From Histomonas meleagridis 2922-C6/04-290x (Eukaryota > Protista > Parabasalia): a stretch of DNA of 64,000 bases. Where the stretch lies: positions 1 through 64,000 of the forward strand of contig JAANOX010000203.1 in the NCBI GenBank assembly GCA_020184695.1. Reading direction: 5' to 3'. Shown piece after piece: positions 22,869-34,893 of this stretch; the stretch's first letter is position 1; each line of letters starts with the position of its first letter. The position numbers were made by a program, and so were the translations under genes. Below the pieces are notes generated by a model, which saw only the letters and a list, made by a program, of their open reading frames with translations, was not told where the DNA came from and ran no database searches.

Positions 22869-23383
22869 TTACAGTAATAGGGCGCCCCAAAACAATTGTA
22901 CAATAAAAGTACTTTTGGCGATTTTTCAAATACTAAAAAATTGATATTAAAAGAAAATTCCCAAAATACCATTGCATTGATCTCTCGCTTGTGATAAGTG
23001 AATAAAGGAAAAGATATATATAAAATTTTTAAACAAAAAATTAATTCATAAATGAATTCTTATTAAGTAAAATTTTTACTATCGAAGATAATTTGATGTT
23101 TTTCTAAAAAAGATGTTTCCTTTAGTTTTTTAAGTAATAATTATCGCCAAAAGCTTGATTTATAAGATAAAAAAAAGGAAATCCGATAGAAAATTTAAGG
23201 GTTAAAATATCGTTTTTACCTGAAAAACTGTCTATTTAGCATTGAAATTTCCATTCAAAGTGGTTTCAATTCAAAAAACTATTGAAAGTTTTGCCTGTCC
23301 AGCAATGCCCCATGATGATGTAATGTGATATGAAATGGCACATAAACCCCCACCCTTTTATTCAAAAAGTAAACACTTTTCAC

Positions 23384-24562
23384 ATGTCAGGAAACAAAAC
23401 TCCTGTTGTCCTAGATCTTGGAACAGGTTTCCTTAAAGTCGGTATGAGCACGTCACAGATCCCCGACTTTGTTCTCCCAAACACTGTCGGTCGTCCAATC
23501 CTTCGTTCAGATGAATCATTTTCTCGTGCTAAGCTTAAGGACCAAATGATATGTGATGAAATCAATGATGTACGTCAGTACCTTGATCTCTCACTCCCAG
23601 TGGAACATGGTGTTGTTAAGAACTGGGATGATGAACAATTAGTTCTTGAATACATCTGGAAGAACAAACTTAAGATTAACTGCTCTGAACATCCAGTCCT
23701 TGTTACTGAAGCACCACTTAATCCACTCGAGAACAGAAAGAAGATGATGGAAATTTTCTTCGAAAAATATGATTTCCCAGCAATCCAAATTTCACCACAA
23801 GCTATCCTTGTTCTTTACGCCCAAGGTTTAGTTACTGGAGTTGTTGTTGACTCAGGTGATGGTGTTACACATATTATGCCAATTTGTGAGAACTATCTTC
23901 TTCCACATCTTGTTGGTCGTATGGATATTGCAGGTCGTGACATCACTGAACATATGGTTAAGCTTCTTACACTTCGTGGATATACATTCCATAAGACGTC
24001 AGATTTCGATGTTGTTCGTGAAATCAAAGAAAAGATGTGTTTCATCTCAGCAGATATCGAAATGGATCGTCGTATTGCTAAGGAAACAACAACATATGTT
24101 GTTCCATACACATTACCAGATGGACGTGTCATCAAAGTTTCCGGTGAGCGTTTTGAAGCACCAGAAGTTCTCTTCCAGCCATACCAACTTGGTCTTGAAA
24201 CCCCAGGACTTTCTGATCTCATTTTCGAAACTATCATGAAAGCTGATATCAACCTCCGCAAACAATTCTTCCAGTCCATTGTTGTCTCTGGTGGTACCAC
24301 AATGTTCCCTGGCCTTTCTACACGTATTGAGAATGATCTTAAGAATTTAGTATTAAAGAATGTCCTCAAGAATGACAGAAAACAACTCAAGAGCTACAAG
24401 ATAAAGGTAGAAGATCCACCAAATCGCCGTTATTTGGTATATCTCGGTGCAACTGTACTTGCTAATTTGACTGCTGACAAATCAAATTCATGGATCAGCA
24501 AAGATGATTTCAAACAAATTGGAGCTGACAGAGCAGCAAAGTATTGGCAAAGCACGGCCTAA
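23384..24562 (+). CDS. ARP2: Actin-related protein 2
   Basis: VGRPILRSDE…KDQMICDE…EHGVVKNWDD, VTEAPLNPLENR, VEDPPNRRYLVYLGATVLA; likely ATG at 23384. Confidence 0.93.
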   Translation: MSGNKTPVVLDLGTGFLKVGMSTSQIPDFVLPNTVGRPILRSDESFSRAKLKDQMICDEINDVRQYLDLSLPVEHGVVKNWDDEQLVLEYIWKNKLKINCSEHPVLVTEAPLNPLENRKKMMEIFFEKYDFPAIQISPQAILVLYAQGLVTGVVVDSGDGVTHIMPICENYLLPHLVGRMDIAGRDITEHMVKLLTLRGYTFHKTSDFDVVREIKEKMCFISADIEMDRRIAKETTTYVVPYTLPDGRVIKVSGERFEAPEVLFQPYQLGLETPGLSDLIFETIMKADINLRKQFFQSIVVSGGTTMFPGLSTRIENDLKNLVLKNVLKNDRKQLKSYKIKVEDPPNRRYLVYLGATVLANLTADKSNSWISKDDFKQIGADRAAKYWQSTA

Positions 24563-24975
24563 ACTAAACGGTGTCAAATCATTGGCTCAAATTTGATTTT
24601 GTATTTTCTTTGTGTTTGAAAGAAATTTTCATTTTCGTTTCATCTTTAATTTAAAAACATGTGACAATAATACAAAATGTTTATTTAAAGAAAGTGAAAT
24701 TTTTACCAACGATAGGAACGAATCAAAGAAAAATCATCGGATTCACATTCAAACTCAAAACCGTTTCATCATTTACCTTCTAGAAAGCAAAATTATTTCG
24801 AAATTTCATGTTGTTTATTGTTAGATAAATCTATACGTCATCTTCCTGTTGTTTCTAAATTTGCAAATTTGGTTTAGTGGATCTGTTTACATATGGAATC
24901 CGTTAAAACGATTTGTAAATCATTCAAAACATTTCATTTCGAATTCTTCACTTTTTATTAATCCCTTTAGGTCAA

Positions 24976-25857
24976 TTAGTAAGAGCCCAAGTCTTTTTCG
25001 CAACCTGTTTGGTCTGCTTTTGGATGATATCCGCTGCCGCACTTAACGCAAACTGTTGAATGTTTATCTGATACAGTTCCTGGCGAACATTTGTAGCAGA
25101 AATTGATTGAAGAAGCGCCGTTGGCTATGCCATATGTTCCTGCTGGGCATGACTTGCATTTCCACGCTCCAACCTCATCATTATATCCGCCAGCAGAACA
25201 TGGAATACAAGCGCTTGATCCTCCAAATTGGTTGCTACCTACTGTGCCTAGAGGGCACTTCTTGCATGTTAGCGAAGATGTGGCACCTGTAATGTTGGAA
25301 TAAGTTCCTGCTGGGCATAACTTGCACTTCCACGCTCCGATCTCGTCATTATATTTGCCAGCAGAACATGGAATACAAGCGCTTGATCCTCCAAATTGGT
25401 TGCTACCTACTGTGCCTAGAGGGCACTTCTTGCATGTTAGCGAAGATGTGGCACCTGTAATGTTGGAATAAGTTCCTGCTGGGCATAACTTGCATTTCCA
25501 TGCTCCGATCTCGTCATTATATTTGCCAGCAGAACATGGAATACAAACGCTTGATCCTCCAAATTGGTTGCTACTTACTGTACCTAGAGGGCATTTTTTT
25601 CACACTAATGAAGATGTGGCACCTGTAATGTTGGAATAAGTTCCTGGTGGACACTTTTGACATAGCCTCGATCCTTCTTTGTCGTTATATTGGCCTGGAG
25701 GACATTTCATACATTTCGTTGATCCATATCCATCACTAATTGTACCTTTTGGACACTTAAAACAATTTCCTGGATAGCCTGATGGACAGTATGTCCCAGG
25801 GCCACAACCTGGACAGCTTGAGATTGCTAATCCAACAAACCCAAGAAAAGCACCCAT
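24976..25857 (-). pseudogene. Cys-rich secreted/surface protein with GCC2_GCC3 (ephrin-receptor-like) repeats, interrupted by one in-frame TGA
   Basis: Signal-like MGAFLGFVGLAISS, then C..CP.GTYS repeats. TGA at 25600-25602 is in frame, and reading continues to TAA at 24976. Confidence 0.75.
25133..25650 (-). repeat. 168-bp (56-aa) near-identical coding tandem repeat, ~3 copies
   Basis: The TAAGTTCCTG anchor occurs at 25301, 25469 and 25637. Confidence 0.92.
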
Positions 25858-27103
25858 TCTGAAAATTAAACAAGAGGATCGGCATTCATTCAAAACCTGT
25901 CAGATTGACAAAATCACGGTCCACCGTTAATTCAAATGCAAAAGTGTCGTTGATGTAGGGCACCCCAATAATCACTTTTGATAGTCTCATTGAAAAAATT
26001 GTAAATAAAATTTGTTCTCAATTTTGAAAGGGCTTTCAAAATAGTTTCATTTTTCATGTTGGTGATGCAACCAATTCATCCTATTTTAAATGTTCATTAA
26101 GCTAAATACTAATGTTAATTGACACTGGCTTGCCAGCGTTTGTTTGTGTATCAATAATTCTTTTGGATACATCGCAGCAAAAATATCAAAAGAAGTAAAT
26201 TTACTGGGACAGAAGGAAAGTTGAAGCCGAGCTTCAAGTACAATTAGAAATTCAACATCCATAAATAATGCCTTTTTTGAAAATTTTGAATGTGAAAGTT
26301 ATAGAGTTCTAGAACCATGTGTTGAACTTCAAAAAATGTCTGAACTTTCAATTCGCATCATTTATATTACCATTATTTATTATATTATACCAATGGGGAT
26401 AATGGGATCATATCCGTTGCCCTTTCAACATTACATTGCAGAAACATCCTTCTTATACATATAGATGACATAATACGCAAAAAGCCAAAACCACAAATTA
26501 GTTGATAATGATCCAACTTCATTTTCTTTGGATTTATTAATTATGGTCACATAACATTCATTCTTTGAGTTAGTTCTTGGAATCAATGTAAAAACTGTTT
26601 CAATTTTACCCAAAGTTTTGTAAATGATAGTATATTTTCAATGCACTTTGTTCTAGACCATGGGTGTTTTTGAAATGTATAAAGAATGGAAACCTTTTAC
26701 ATATGTTTCCCACTTTTTGCATGTTTATCCTCTGGGTAAAAATTTAATAATTTCTCAAAATAATTTATTTTAATTGTTTTGTATGAGAAATAATTAATTT
26801 TCGTAATGTTACTACTTCAAAAATGTAAAAAAAAAAAATATTTAATAAGAAATCAGAATAATGTAATACATTTGATTATGTTATAATATTAATATCAAGT
26901 TAAATTTATATGTTAATACATCATTAATTTATTAGTTAACTTATTAAAGTTAATTAAGGTAATAAATTAACTTAAAAATAATACTAATGAAAGCAATAAT
27001 TTATCTAATTCGAATTTGTCAATCAATGATAAGCAAATCCTTTATAAAATGTTTTATTCATAAAATATTTAACAAAACTATTTTTCGCCATTAAACTTAT
27101 TTT

Positions 27104-29035
27104 TTACACTCCGACATTACATGCGAAGTTCCATTTCTTTCCTATATCTTCGCATCTGATAAGTGAAGTCCCTTTTGGTCCTCTTACTTCAATTGTTCCA
27201 TCGATGTTCATCTTTTCGATTCTATATTTTGTCTCGTTAATTTTCTCCATTGATATTTTAACCACCAATTCTCCAATGATATCAGATGGAAGTTTAGATT
27301 CTTTTTCAACTTGATTCGAGTTCAGCGCAATGATATCATTCCCAACTTTAACAAAAAACGTTTTCAAAAATATATGTAGAACTGTTCCCTTTTGGCCATT
27401 ATATTGCTCATCTGAATTTAGCACTAAAACAATTTCGCCGATGTTAACTCTTCTGCCATTTGAGTCAACAGCATTAGTATCGTCGAGCACAAGTGATTGG
27501 ACATTCTCAATAGGAATCCGTAAGCCGGCTGTGGTTAATATGTATTTTTGCGTAACAACACCGTAACTTCCGCCTTGCGTATGGACAAGATCGCCAACAC
27601 GCGGCTCATATATGAAGTCGTTCGAAAAGACTTGGATGACGGACTTGCCGCTTTGTTTGTGCTTTGTATGCTTCTTTGCGTTGTTATCGCCTTCATTCGC
27701 CTTCTTTTCGGCACGATGCGATGCGCTGTTATTGTTATTATTATTGTTATTAGAGTTGTTTGTCTTTTCAGTGCGATTTTTCCTGTTATTTCCCTCATTG
27801 GAATTCAACTTCTTTTCAGTATGATGCGCTGTGCTGTTGGAATTTGCTTTAGTTTCTGTGCGATGAGTTGTACCGTTGTTGTTATTATTATTGGAATTTG
27901 CTTTAGCTTCGATATGATCCGTTGTGTTATTATTTGCTTCATTTTGAATCGTTTTTGAATTATTATTAATTTCTTTGTTATTGATATTATTTCCTATGCT
28001 ATTTCTCGTATAATTATTATTTTCTGTGTTGGAATTCATTTGCATTTCATTGTTAATTTCCTTTTCTTCCAAATGTTGTCTTAAATCATTATTTTCTCCA
28101 TTTTCAAAAACATGTTTTGTGTTATAGGAAATGTTTTTCAATTCAATGCAGTACTTCGAGTAATCATTAAATTGTTCTATTTTTTGTTCAAACCCGAAGA
28201 CGTTGTTCTGGAATATATTTATTTCTTTTTGGGTAAATTTAAGATTTGTATTTAAAAGTTCTGAGTACGGCAAAAACTTAATTTGGAATTTCCCGTAAAA
28301 GCGTTTGCCGTCCCATTCCTTAACAGGCAAATAAACACCTTTTTCGAGTTCGATTAGTTCATTCGTAATTTGTGCCCCAATTTCATTGAGTTTGGATTCA
28401 TCAAAAAAAGTCAACGGCGCACGATAATTCGGCGGTAATTTGAGATATAATTGTGATTGAGATTTGAGATGTAAATTATTAAGTCTGTCATAATCTATGT
28501 TAGGTTGAAATTTGACTAAGGCTTTGTTGTCGGCGGGAAAACAATGGACAATTTGAGCTGGTTTGCCGTTATTTTCGGCATCGATCATTCTGACTAAACA
28601 CCCTGGCTTAAGTGAAATAGTACCATTATACATATTAGGAAAGTCTCTGTTTGGATCCACAGGTATAATTGTATATTGAACTTCTGAAAATGAAATACAA
28701 GATTTAATTATTGATTCATCATCACATTCAATGAAAATACAATCGGTATAAAATGGAATATAATAAACCGAAGTGATTTGCTGACATTCACGAAAATGGG
28801 AAATAATTGATACAAGAAAGTCATTAGGATTATTAGGTAAATGGCCAAGCTGCAATTTATATGTATTGGGGGCTCTATTGGCCAGTGATAAATTTTGCTC
28901 TTGGTGTTTTGGAATATTATTATTGCCAACCGTTAAAATATTTTTTTTCTGCATTGGAAATCTGTTTTGATTGTTTGAAGTTCCAGGTCTCAATCTATGT
29001 GAGTTTGTGGGAAATAGACCCCTAGCAGGGATCAT
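27104..29035 (-). CDS. Divergent Spt5-like (NGN + KOW) protein with Asn-rich insertion
   Basis: ITSVYY…CIFIEC (NGN-like); LVRM…AQIVH…LVKFQPNIDYDRL…RAPLTFFDE (KOW1-like); PRVGDLVHTQGGSYGVV; DSNGRRVNIGEIVLV…GQKGTVLHIF (KOW-like). Confidence 0.55.
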   Translation of the reverse strand: MIPARGLFPTNSHRLRPGTSNNQNRFPMQKKNILTVGNNNIPKHQEQNLSLANRAPNTYKLQLGHLPNNPNDFLVSIISHFRECQQITSVYYIPFYTDCIFIECDDESIIKSCISFSEVQYTIIPVDPNRDFPNMYNGTISLKPGCLVRMIDAENNGKPAQIVHCFPADNKALVKFQPNIDYDRLNNLHLKSQSQLYLKLPPNYRAPLTFFDESKLNEIGAQITNELIELEKGVYLPVKEWDGKRFYGKFQIKFLPYSELLNTNLKFTQKEINIFQNNVFGFEQKIEQFNDYSKYCIELKNISYNTKHVFENGENNDLRQHLEEKEINNEMQMNSNTENNNYTRNSIGNNINNKEINNNSKTIQNEANNNTTDHIEAKANSNNNNNNGTTHRTETKANSNSTAHHTEKKLNSNEGNNRKNRTEKTNNSNNNNNNNNSASHRAEKKANEGDNNAKKHTKHKQSGKSVIQVFSNDFIYEPRVGDLVHTQGGSYGVVTQKYILTTAGLRIPIENVQSLVLDDTNAVDSNGRRVNIGEIVLVLNSDEQYNGQKGTVLHIFLKTFFVKVGNDIIALNSNQVEKESKLPSDIIGELVVKISMEKINETKYRIEKMNIDGTIEVRGPKGTSLIRCEDIGKKWNFACNVGV

Positions 29036-29692
29036 TTTAATGGTGTGTTGTGTTTAGATGTAAACTATTTAAATCAAAAATCTAAACGTATTTTTGGAAA
29101 GACGAAAATAAAAATATCTTTTTACAAAATCATTTTTTACAAAAGAAAAGAAAAGACATGATACACAATTAAAATAATTGTTTTGTTTTTGATTCATTTA
29201 TCAGGTAAGTTTAAAATTCTTTGGGGATTTTAATAAACTCTCTAACTTCCAAGTTAAGTTCCCTTAATAAACGGTAAATCCCTCAGAAAATAATTTTTTC
29301 AAATGAACCATGTGGTTGAAAACAGAAATCAACACATATCTGCTAAATGTAATTCATATCTGGGTTTAAATGTATTCACTTGGGCTCATACATTTTTGAA
29401 AATTAAAAGAACTTTTAAAAAAAAAAATAAATGCATTTTTCATTAAAAATTGAATTATATAAAAATATTTTATTAATAAATATCTGTTGTTATTTTTTAT
29501 CATTTTATTTTGTTTAACATATTAAAATATTCATTTCAAGCATAAACGTGAATCGATTCAGAAAAAACAAAAGAAAGTTAAATTTGGAAATAACCCAATT
29601 CCAGAGACTATACCATGCAAAAAATTTGAAAGATTTTCCATATCCGATGCATAACAGGGTACCCCTTCTAGAGGAAGCCGTTTAAATCAATT

Positions 29693-30088
29693 ATGAGCGA
29701 TTTGGACTCATCCAATCTTTTGCTGGCTTTCTGCGATGAAACAACTCTAAGTGAGCTCGAGGAAACTATTGATAAGATTGAGGATGTTGACCAAAAAATC
29801 GAAAAATTGAAATCATCTATCTCTGAATTAAGTAAACTTTCAGCATCATTCGAAGAACAAAAAAACAACTTAGCTAAAATAACGGAATTGCTGATTCCAC
29901 CTGAACTTAAACAAAAAACAGAAGATGTTATTGACAAAAAACTTGAAAGTTATTATGAAAAAATCAAAGATGCATATACAAAACATATGGAAGATGCTTC
30001 TGAGCTTGAAAAAAAGACTTTGGCAAAACTAGATTATGCATATAAAACAGAACTTCAAATTATTGAAAATATTAAGAATAATCTCTAA
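29693..30088 (+). CDS. Small coiled-coil hypothetical protein
   Basis: 131-aa ORF with coding-like composition and heptad-rich E/K/L sequence. Confidence 0.6.
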   Translation: MSDLDSSNLLLAFCDETTLSELEETIDKIEDVDQKIEKLKSSISELSKLSASFEEQKNNLAKITELLIPPELKQKTEDVIDKKLESYYEKIKDAYTKHMEDASELEKKTLAKLDYAYKTELQIIENIKNNL

Positions 30089-30442
30089 GACCGTTTTGAT
30101 GTTTGCAATGCCCTTTAAAATTGATCACGACTTTTCAACTAAGTTTTAAGAAGACATTCAGAAAATTGCTAATGCAAATCCAGTACTACTGAGAAGTCCA
30201 AAGTTTTATAACAATGTAAAATAATGTCGAATATCGTTTTCTTATAGTTTGAAATAAAAATAGAGTAAAATGATTATATTTTTTTGATATCAATCAAAAT
30301 TGCTTTAAACACAAGTGATTGGTTACGCACAACATAAGGACTTTATAAGATTAAAATATAAAGAAACAAAAACAGTCTTTAAGATAATTTAATTATTCTT
30401 TTTTATATAAACAATAATATCTTTTACTCATGGGAAAATTGT

Positions 30443-30892
30443 TTACACAGAGTTTATAATCGCTGCAACTGTCGGATCGCTCATTCCAGTTGGAGATGTT
30501 TTCACATGTTCATAAAGTCTTTCAACGCTTTCAATTAATTTGTTATGCCACTCTTCTTCATGTGAGTTTGGCTTCTTTTTAAATTGCTCATCAATCCATG
30601 TTCTTAAATCGTTTGCAATATATGCAAACATTGAATTTTCACCATTAAATTTAATCGCATTGTCGCAAATTAGATGGATATCTGCAACAAATTCTTCTAC
30701 TGTTTTATATTTGTTATCATGAATTTTGTTTTTTATGGTATTAAGATCCATTGGATTCTTAACAATTTCGAAATAATTTTCGGCACCGTCACGAACAGGG
30801 TCAACGGGCATCTTAAAAGGATTTGATATTGGTTTTTTGAGAAGTTCCTGATGGATTCTAGTGCACCAATCTTTGTCGTAGTCTGAAAGCAT
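30443..30892 (-). CDS. Single bromodomain protein
   Basis: PF..PVDP…NYFEIVKNPMDLNTIK.K…Y.T.EEFVADIHLICDNAIKFN, with the conserved Asn. Confidence 0.93.
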   Translation of the reverse strand: MLSDYDKDWCTRIHQELLKKPISNPFKMPVDPVRDGAENYFEIVKNPMDLNTIKNKIHDNKYKTVEEFVADIHLICDNAIKFNGENSMFAYIANDLRTWIDEQFKKKPNSHEEEWHNKLIESVERLYEHVKTSPTGMSDPTVAAIINSV

Positions 30893-30985
30893 TTAAAGTT
30901 CGAACGGATTTGAACTTTTTAATACAAAACCGTTACAATTGTGTTATGTAAACGGGGTGCCCCTGCCATTGTTTGAGCCAACTAA

Positions 30986-32611
30986 ATGACAAGAGGGCTT
31001 CCAGAACTTAAAAAAATTCCTAAAGGCGATATTGATGCAATGCTTAAATGCGTCCAAGAAATGCAACGGAAGCCCTCGGATGCCGCTTTGACTGCAAACA
31101 AATTAAAACAAATTTCAAAACAATCAAAACAACGTCAACAAATTGCAAAACAATCAAAATCATATATGGGCGAACTCAAAAAGCTAATTAAAGCTGTTGA
31201 AAATACTCAAGATACTGTGACTTCATCGATTATTGATCTTGCTGGAGTTTTACAAGAACTTCCAACTCTTCTAAAGCTTGACGCAGATTTAAAATCAAAG
31301 CGTGATGATGACTATGATACATGTAGTGCATTTAAAGAAAGGTTAACTCTCTTGTCCAAACAAAAGCGAACTAAACAAACAAAAGAAATGTTTGATACGT
31401 TGACATCTCAATTTAATGCTCACCTTGATTCTCTATCTCTTCCTGAATCATATGATGAAATTGTTGAAATTGTCAATTCAACTAAAATCCATTCCCAACC
31501 TAAAACAATCAGCTTTGATCTCAGTGATCTAACTCCTGAGTGGCAGGAAACAATATCTAACCAAATTTCCGAATATATAAATCTTGAAAAAGAACTTAAA
31601 CAGTCTTTTGATGAGTGGCAAATTTGTAATGGCTATGACCCTGATAAAAAGTATGGTGGTTGGGATGGTCTTGAACATCAACGTTTTCTTCTTTGTGGAA
31701 ATAATGCAAATCTCGAATTTCCAGACAAAACTGAAGAAGAAATTATTAAACATAAAACATGGACAATAAAGCATCAGTTTCTCTCTAAGAAACGTGAAGC
31801 ACTTCGCACTGAACTTCGGAAACGAGTTTCAGAGCTTCGCGAGGAAGCCGTTAAAGACGATAAACTCAAAAGTGAAAAAGTGCTCAACGATCAACTTGCC
31901 GAGGAACGGCGGTTAGCTCTTGCTGAAGAAAAAGAAAAACTAAATGCCCAATTAGCTATAAGTCGTCACGAAAAGCAAGAACGAGACCGTATCAAAGCAG
32001 AACAAAAGGCACAAGAGGAAAATTTGAGAAAACAAAAAGAACTCAAAGCCAAAATTAAGCGTACTAAAGAAATTAATGAACTTAAAGAACATGTTTTAAG
32101 TGAGAAACAAAAGAGACAAGCACAAGAGCTTCTCATTCAGCAGAGAAGGCGTGCTGCGGAGAATGAAGCCAAAGCTGATCAACGCATTCGACTAAAGGAA
32201 ATCAAGAAACGTGTCTCCGAACGCGGAGAAATCAATAACGAAAAGATTAGGAAGAAGAAAGAAGAAGAGCAAATGAAGATCGAACGTGAAATCGATAGGA
32301 AGAAGAGATTAGATGAGCTAGCAAAGAGCGTACGCGATGAGTTTGGGCTTGACGAACTTGAAGCTGATCCAACGCGGCTAACAAAGATTAATGAAATAAG
32401 AAGAAAGGCATTGCATGAAAAAGAAGCAAGGCCAATGTTTGTTGGAACTTCATTTGCAAGCAGCGTTATCGAGGCGGACCCAAGAATAAGGGTAGAGAAC
32501 GCGTTAAGAGAGGCCGGACTAATGAATTCTGCTTATGCACAAGAGGTGATACAGAAAATGGCTTTGCTCAGACCAAGCGTAAATATGCCGTCACAAATCA
32601 GTTTCGGCTGA
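30986..32611 (+). CDS. CCDC112: CCDC112-like coiled-coil protein
   Basis: YGGWD..EH..FL, EEI.KH..W, EADPTRL, DPRIRVENALREAGL.NS.YA motifs. Confidence 0.65.
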   Translation: MTRGLPELKKIPKGDIDAMLKCVQEMQRKPSDAALTANKLKQISKQSKQRQQIAKQSKSYMGELKKLIKAVENTQDTVTSSIIDLAGVLQELPTLLKLDADLKSKRDDDYDTCSAFKERLTLLSKQKRTKQTKEMFDTLTSQFNAHLDSLSLPESYDEIVEIVNSTKIHSQPKTISFDLSDLTPEWQETISNQISEYINLEKELKQSFDEWQICNGYDPDKKYGGWDGLEHQRFLLCGNNANLEFPDKTEEEIIKHKTWTIKHQFLSKKREALRTELRKRVSELREEAVKDDKLKSEKVLNDQLAEERRLALAEEKEKLNAQLAISRHEKQERDRIKAEQKAQEENLRKQKELKAKIKRTKEINELKEHVLSEKQKRQAQELLIQQRRRAAENEAKADQRIRLKEIKKRVSERGEINNEKIRKKKEEEQMKIEREIDRKKRLDELAKSVRDEFGLDELEADPTRLTKINEIRRKALHEKEARPMFVGTSFASSVIEADPRIRVENALREAGLMNSAYAQEVIQKMALLRPSVNMPSQISFG

Positions 32612-32857
32612 ACAGTTTGAAATCTTTTGGTTATAAAATTATTAAAATTGTTTGGAAGATATTTCTTTATATAATACAATAATTTCGTAATATAACAATG
32701 AATTACATTTGGTAATCAAAACTTTTCTTCAAAATTCTTTATAAAGAATTCAATCATTGTAATTGTTCATCATCAAAATAAATAAAAAAGTGACTTAATT
32801 TCAAGTGCTGGCCGTTTATAAATGAACTGACCAAATACTCGGGGGTTTTAATGGGAA

Positions 32858-34282
32858 ATGATTTCTTATGCGCTCCAAAAAAGCCCTAAAGAAAACAATT
32901 CATTTCAACATAGATCAAAACATTTTACAAACCCCCTTTATATGGGGTTTAAAAATAGAGTACTAACTCAACTGGAAACAAGTCCAAAATCATATGACGA
33001 TTTATCTCTTGATTTGAAACTTAAAAAAAATCTTTCTTTCCTTTTAAGTAGTAATGAAGAATTAATCAACAATGCTTTATTTGAGTTAATTTCATTATCT
33101 GAAATAAATGTTAATCCAATCCTTCAAAATGACGTTTTAACACCTAATCACATAAAACGTCTTGTAAAAACATTAACCAGCGAAGTGACGTGTACAAACT
33201 CTCTTAATTTTATATTTATTTTAATATCTAATGATTCTGAATTTGATGAAAAATTTCTTGAACTTCAAATTCATGAAGGCCTAAAAAGCATAATGACTAG
33301 CAGTCAAGATGCTGAGCAATTATGCTTTGCTCTTCAAATCTGTTCAATTTTTTGTTCACGTGATATCCAATTTCGCGACTTATTATTTAAAGATCCTGAT
33401 TTATTTTCTCAAATTTTATTTTTTCTTTCCGATGGCACTGAGGATATGCAACTTTTCACATCTACTCTCATATTAAAATCTCTTCAAAAAGGTCAATGTC
33501 ATCCACAATTTTCACGAAATAGTTTAAGTTTCATTTCGCTTATGTTAAAAAATCCGAACGTTGACATTGTGAATTGCGGATTTTCATCATTATCATATGC
33601 TTCTGTCGAAACTGAAGATGTATTATCAATGCTTAATGATGGCGAAATAATTCTTTACTTAACAAATCTTGTTGGCGAAAGCCAATGTTTTGATACTGAA
33701 ATTAACATCATAAATTACTTCTCCAAATTTTGTACATTTGGCGATCAAATCATATTTTATTTCATTGAATACAAATCGCTACAAAAGATTAAAATCTATT
33801 TTGATTTGAATAATTTGCAATATATAACTAATTTTTGTGATTTAATTATAAACTTCATAGTAAATACAAGTGCTTATGTTAATGAATTGTTTGAACTGAT
33901 CGTGGATTTCCCTTTTAATGAAATAATTGAAAATATGAACTTTAAATTAAAAGAGCGAATTTTGCATTTGCTAAGAATTTGTTTCACAAGATTTACAACA
34001 TTACAAGTGGAACAAATATTAAATATCGACTTGTTTAAAACAATTCTTTCATTGATTGATTCGGGAAATGAAAATATTTTGATATATGATTCATGTTTTT
34101 GTGTGTTGGATGTGTTGTCGAAGGATATATCATTTAGAAATGAAATGATTGAGCTGTTGAAACAAAATGATGTAATTCAACAATTGGAAATAATTTCGAA
34201 TACAAATGAAGATGAAAGTGCTCAATATGCGTCGAGGATTCTTTCGTTAATTTCTGAAAATGAAAATTTAAATCAGTATTAA
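32858..34282 (+). CDS. ARM/HEAT-like alpha-solenoid protein
   Basis: 474-aa ORF with amphipathic-helix repeats. The start may be the ATG of MGFKNR. Confidence 0.6.
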   Translation: MISYALQKSPKENNSFQHRSKHFTNPLYMGFKNRVLTQLETSPKSYDDLSLDLKLKKNLSFLLSSNEELINNALFELISLSEINVNPILQNDVLTPNHIKRLVKTLTSEVTCTNSLNFIFILISNDSEFDEKFLELQIHEGLKSIMTSSQDAEQLCFALQICSIFCSRDIQFRDLLFKDPDLFSQILFFLSDGTEDMQLFTSTLILKSLQKGQCHPQFSRNSLSFISLMLKNPNVDIVNCGFSSLSYASVETEDVLSMLNDGEIILYLTNLVGESQCFDTEINIINYFSKFCTFGDQIIFYFIEYKSLQKIKIYFDLNNLQYITNFCDLIINFIVNTSAYVNELFELIVDFPFNEIIENMNFKLKERILHLLRICFTRFTTLQVEQILNIDLFKTILSLIDSGNENILIYDSCFCVLDVLSKDISFRNEMIELLKQNDVIQQLEIISNTNEDESAQYASRILSLISENENLNQY

Positions 34283-34893
34283 TGTTGTATTTAAATAAAA
34301 AAGTTTTAAAGATTCATTATAAATTGACCAAAATTAGCTTCACATTAAAATTTATTTAATATAAATTTTAGGAAAATGTATCACCTATATCCTTCACTAA
34401 TGGTTATTCATTTTATAAATTTGGATAATAAATAGAAAAATAATCATCAGCGAGATCTGTAATTGGAATTTCAATAAAAATGATCATTTTTCGTTCGCTA
34501 AGAAATTTGAATTAAAGTAACGATTTGCCAAATTGAAAGTTCAATGAACCAGTAAAAAAATTGTATTTCGATCAAAAAAACGATATTATTTTGGTGTTTG
34601 GCCAGATATTGATTCAATTCCAAAGTTGGCTGTTAACAAATTCTGCCTAACTTAGACAAATAGTGATCGTTTTTTGAACAAAAAACGAAAGAAACAAAAT
34701 TTCGATCTATAAACATCAATTTAAAATATAAATATTTTTCAAAAATCATCAAAAATCATTTTCTCAGTAAATGAACATATTTAAAACATATAATTTTTGT
34801 GGGAATAGCGAAAATTACGATCTTTTTTGATCGAATGATTGACTTCAAAAGTGTAAACAGTGACGATCAAAAATTTGACGCTTTTCAAAATCA

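Noticed and set aside
26100-26700. Coding-like remnants in intergenic DNA (also 2440-2724, 43300-43600, 53180-53480)
   Set aside because: Fragmented by stops and without a motif I can assign; cannot be supported as features.
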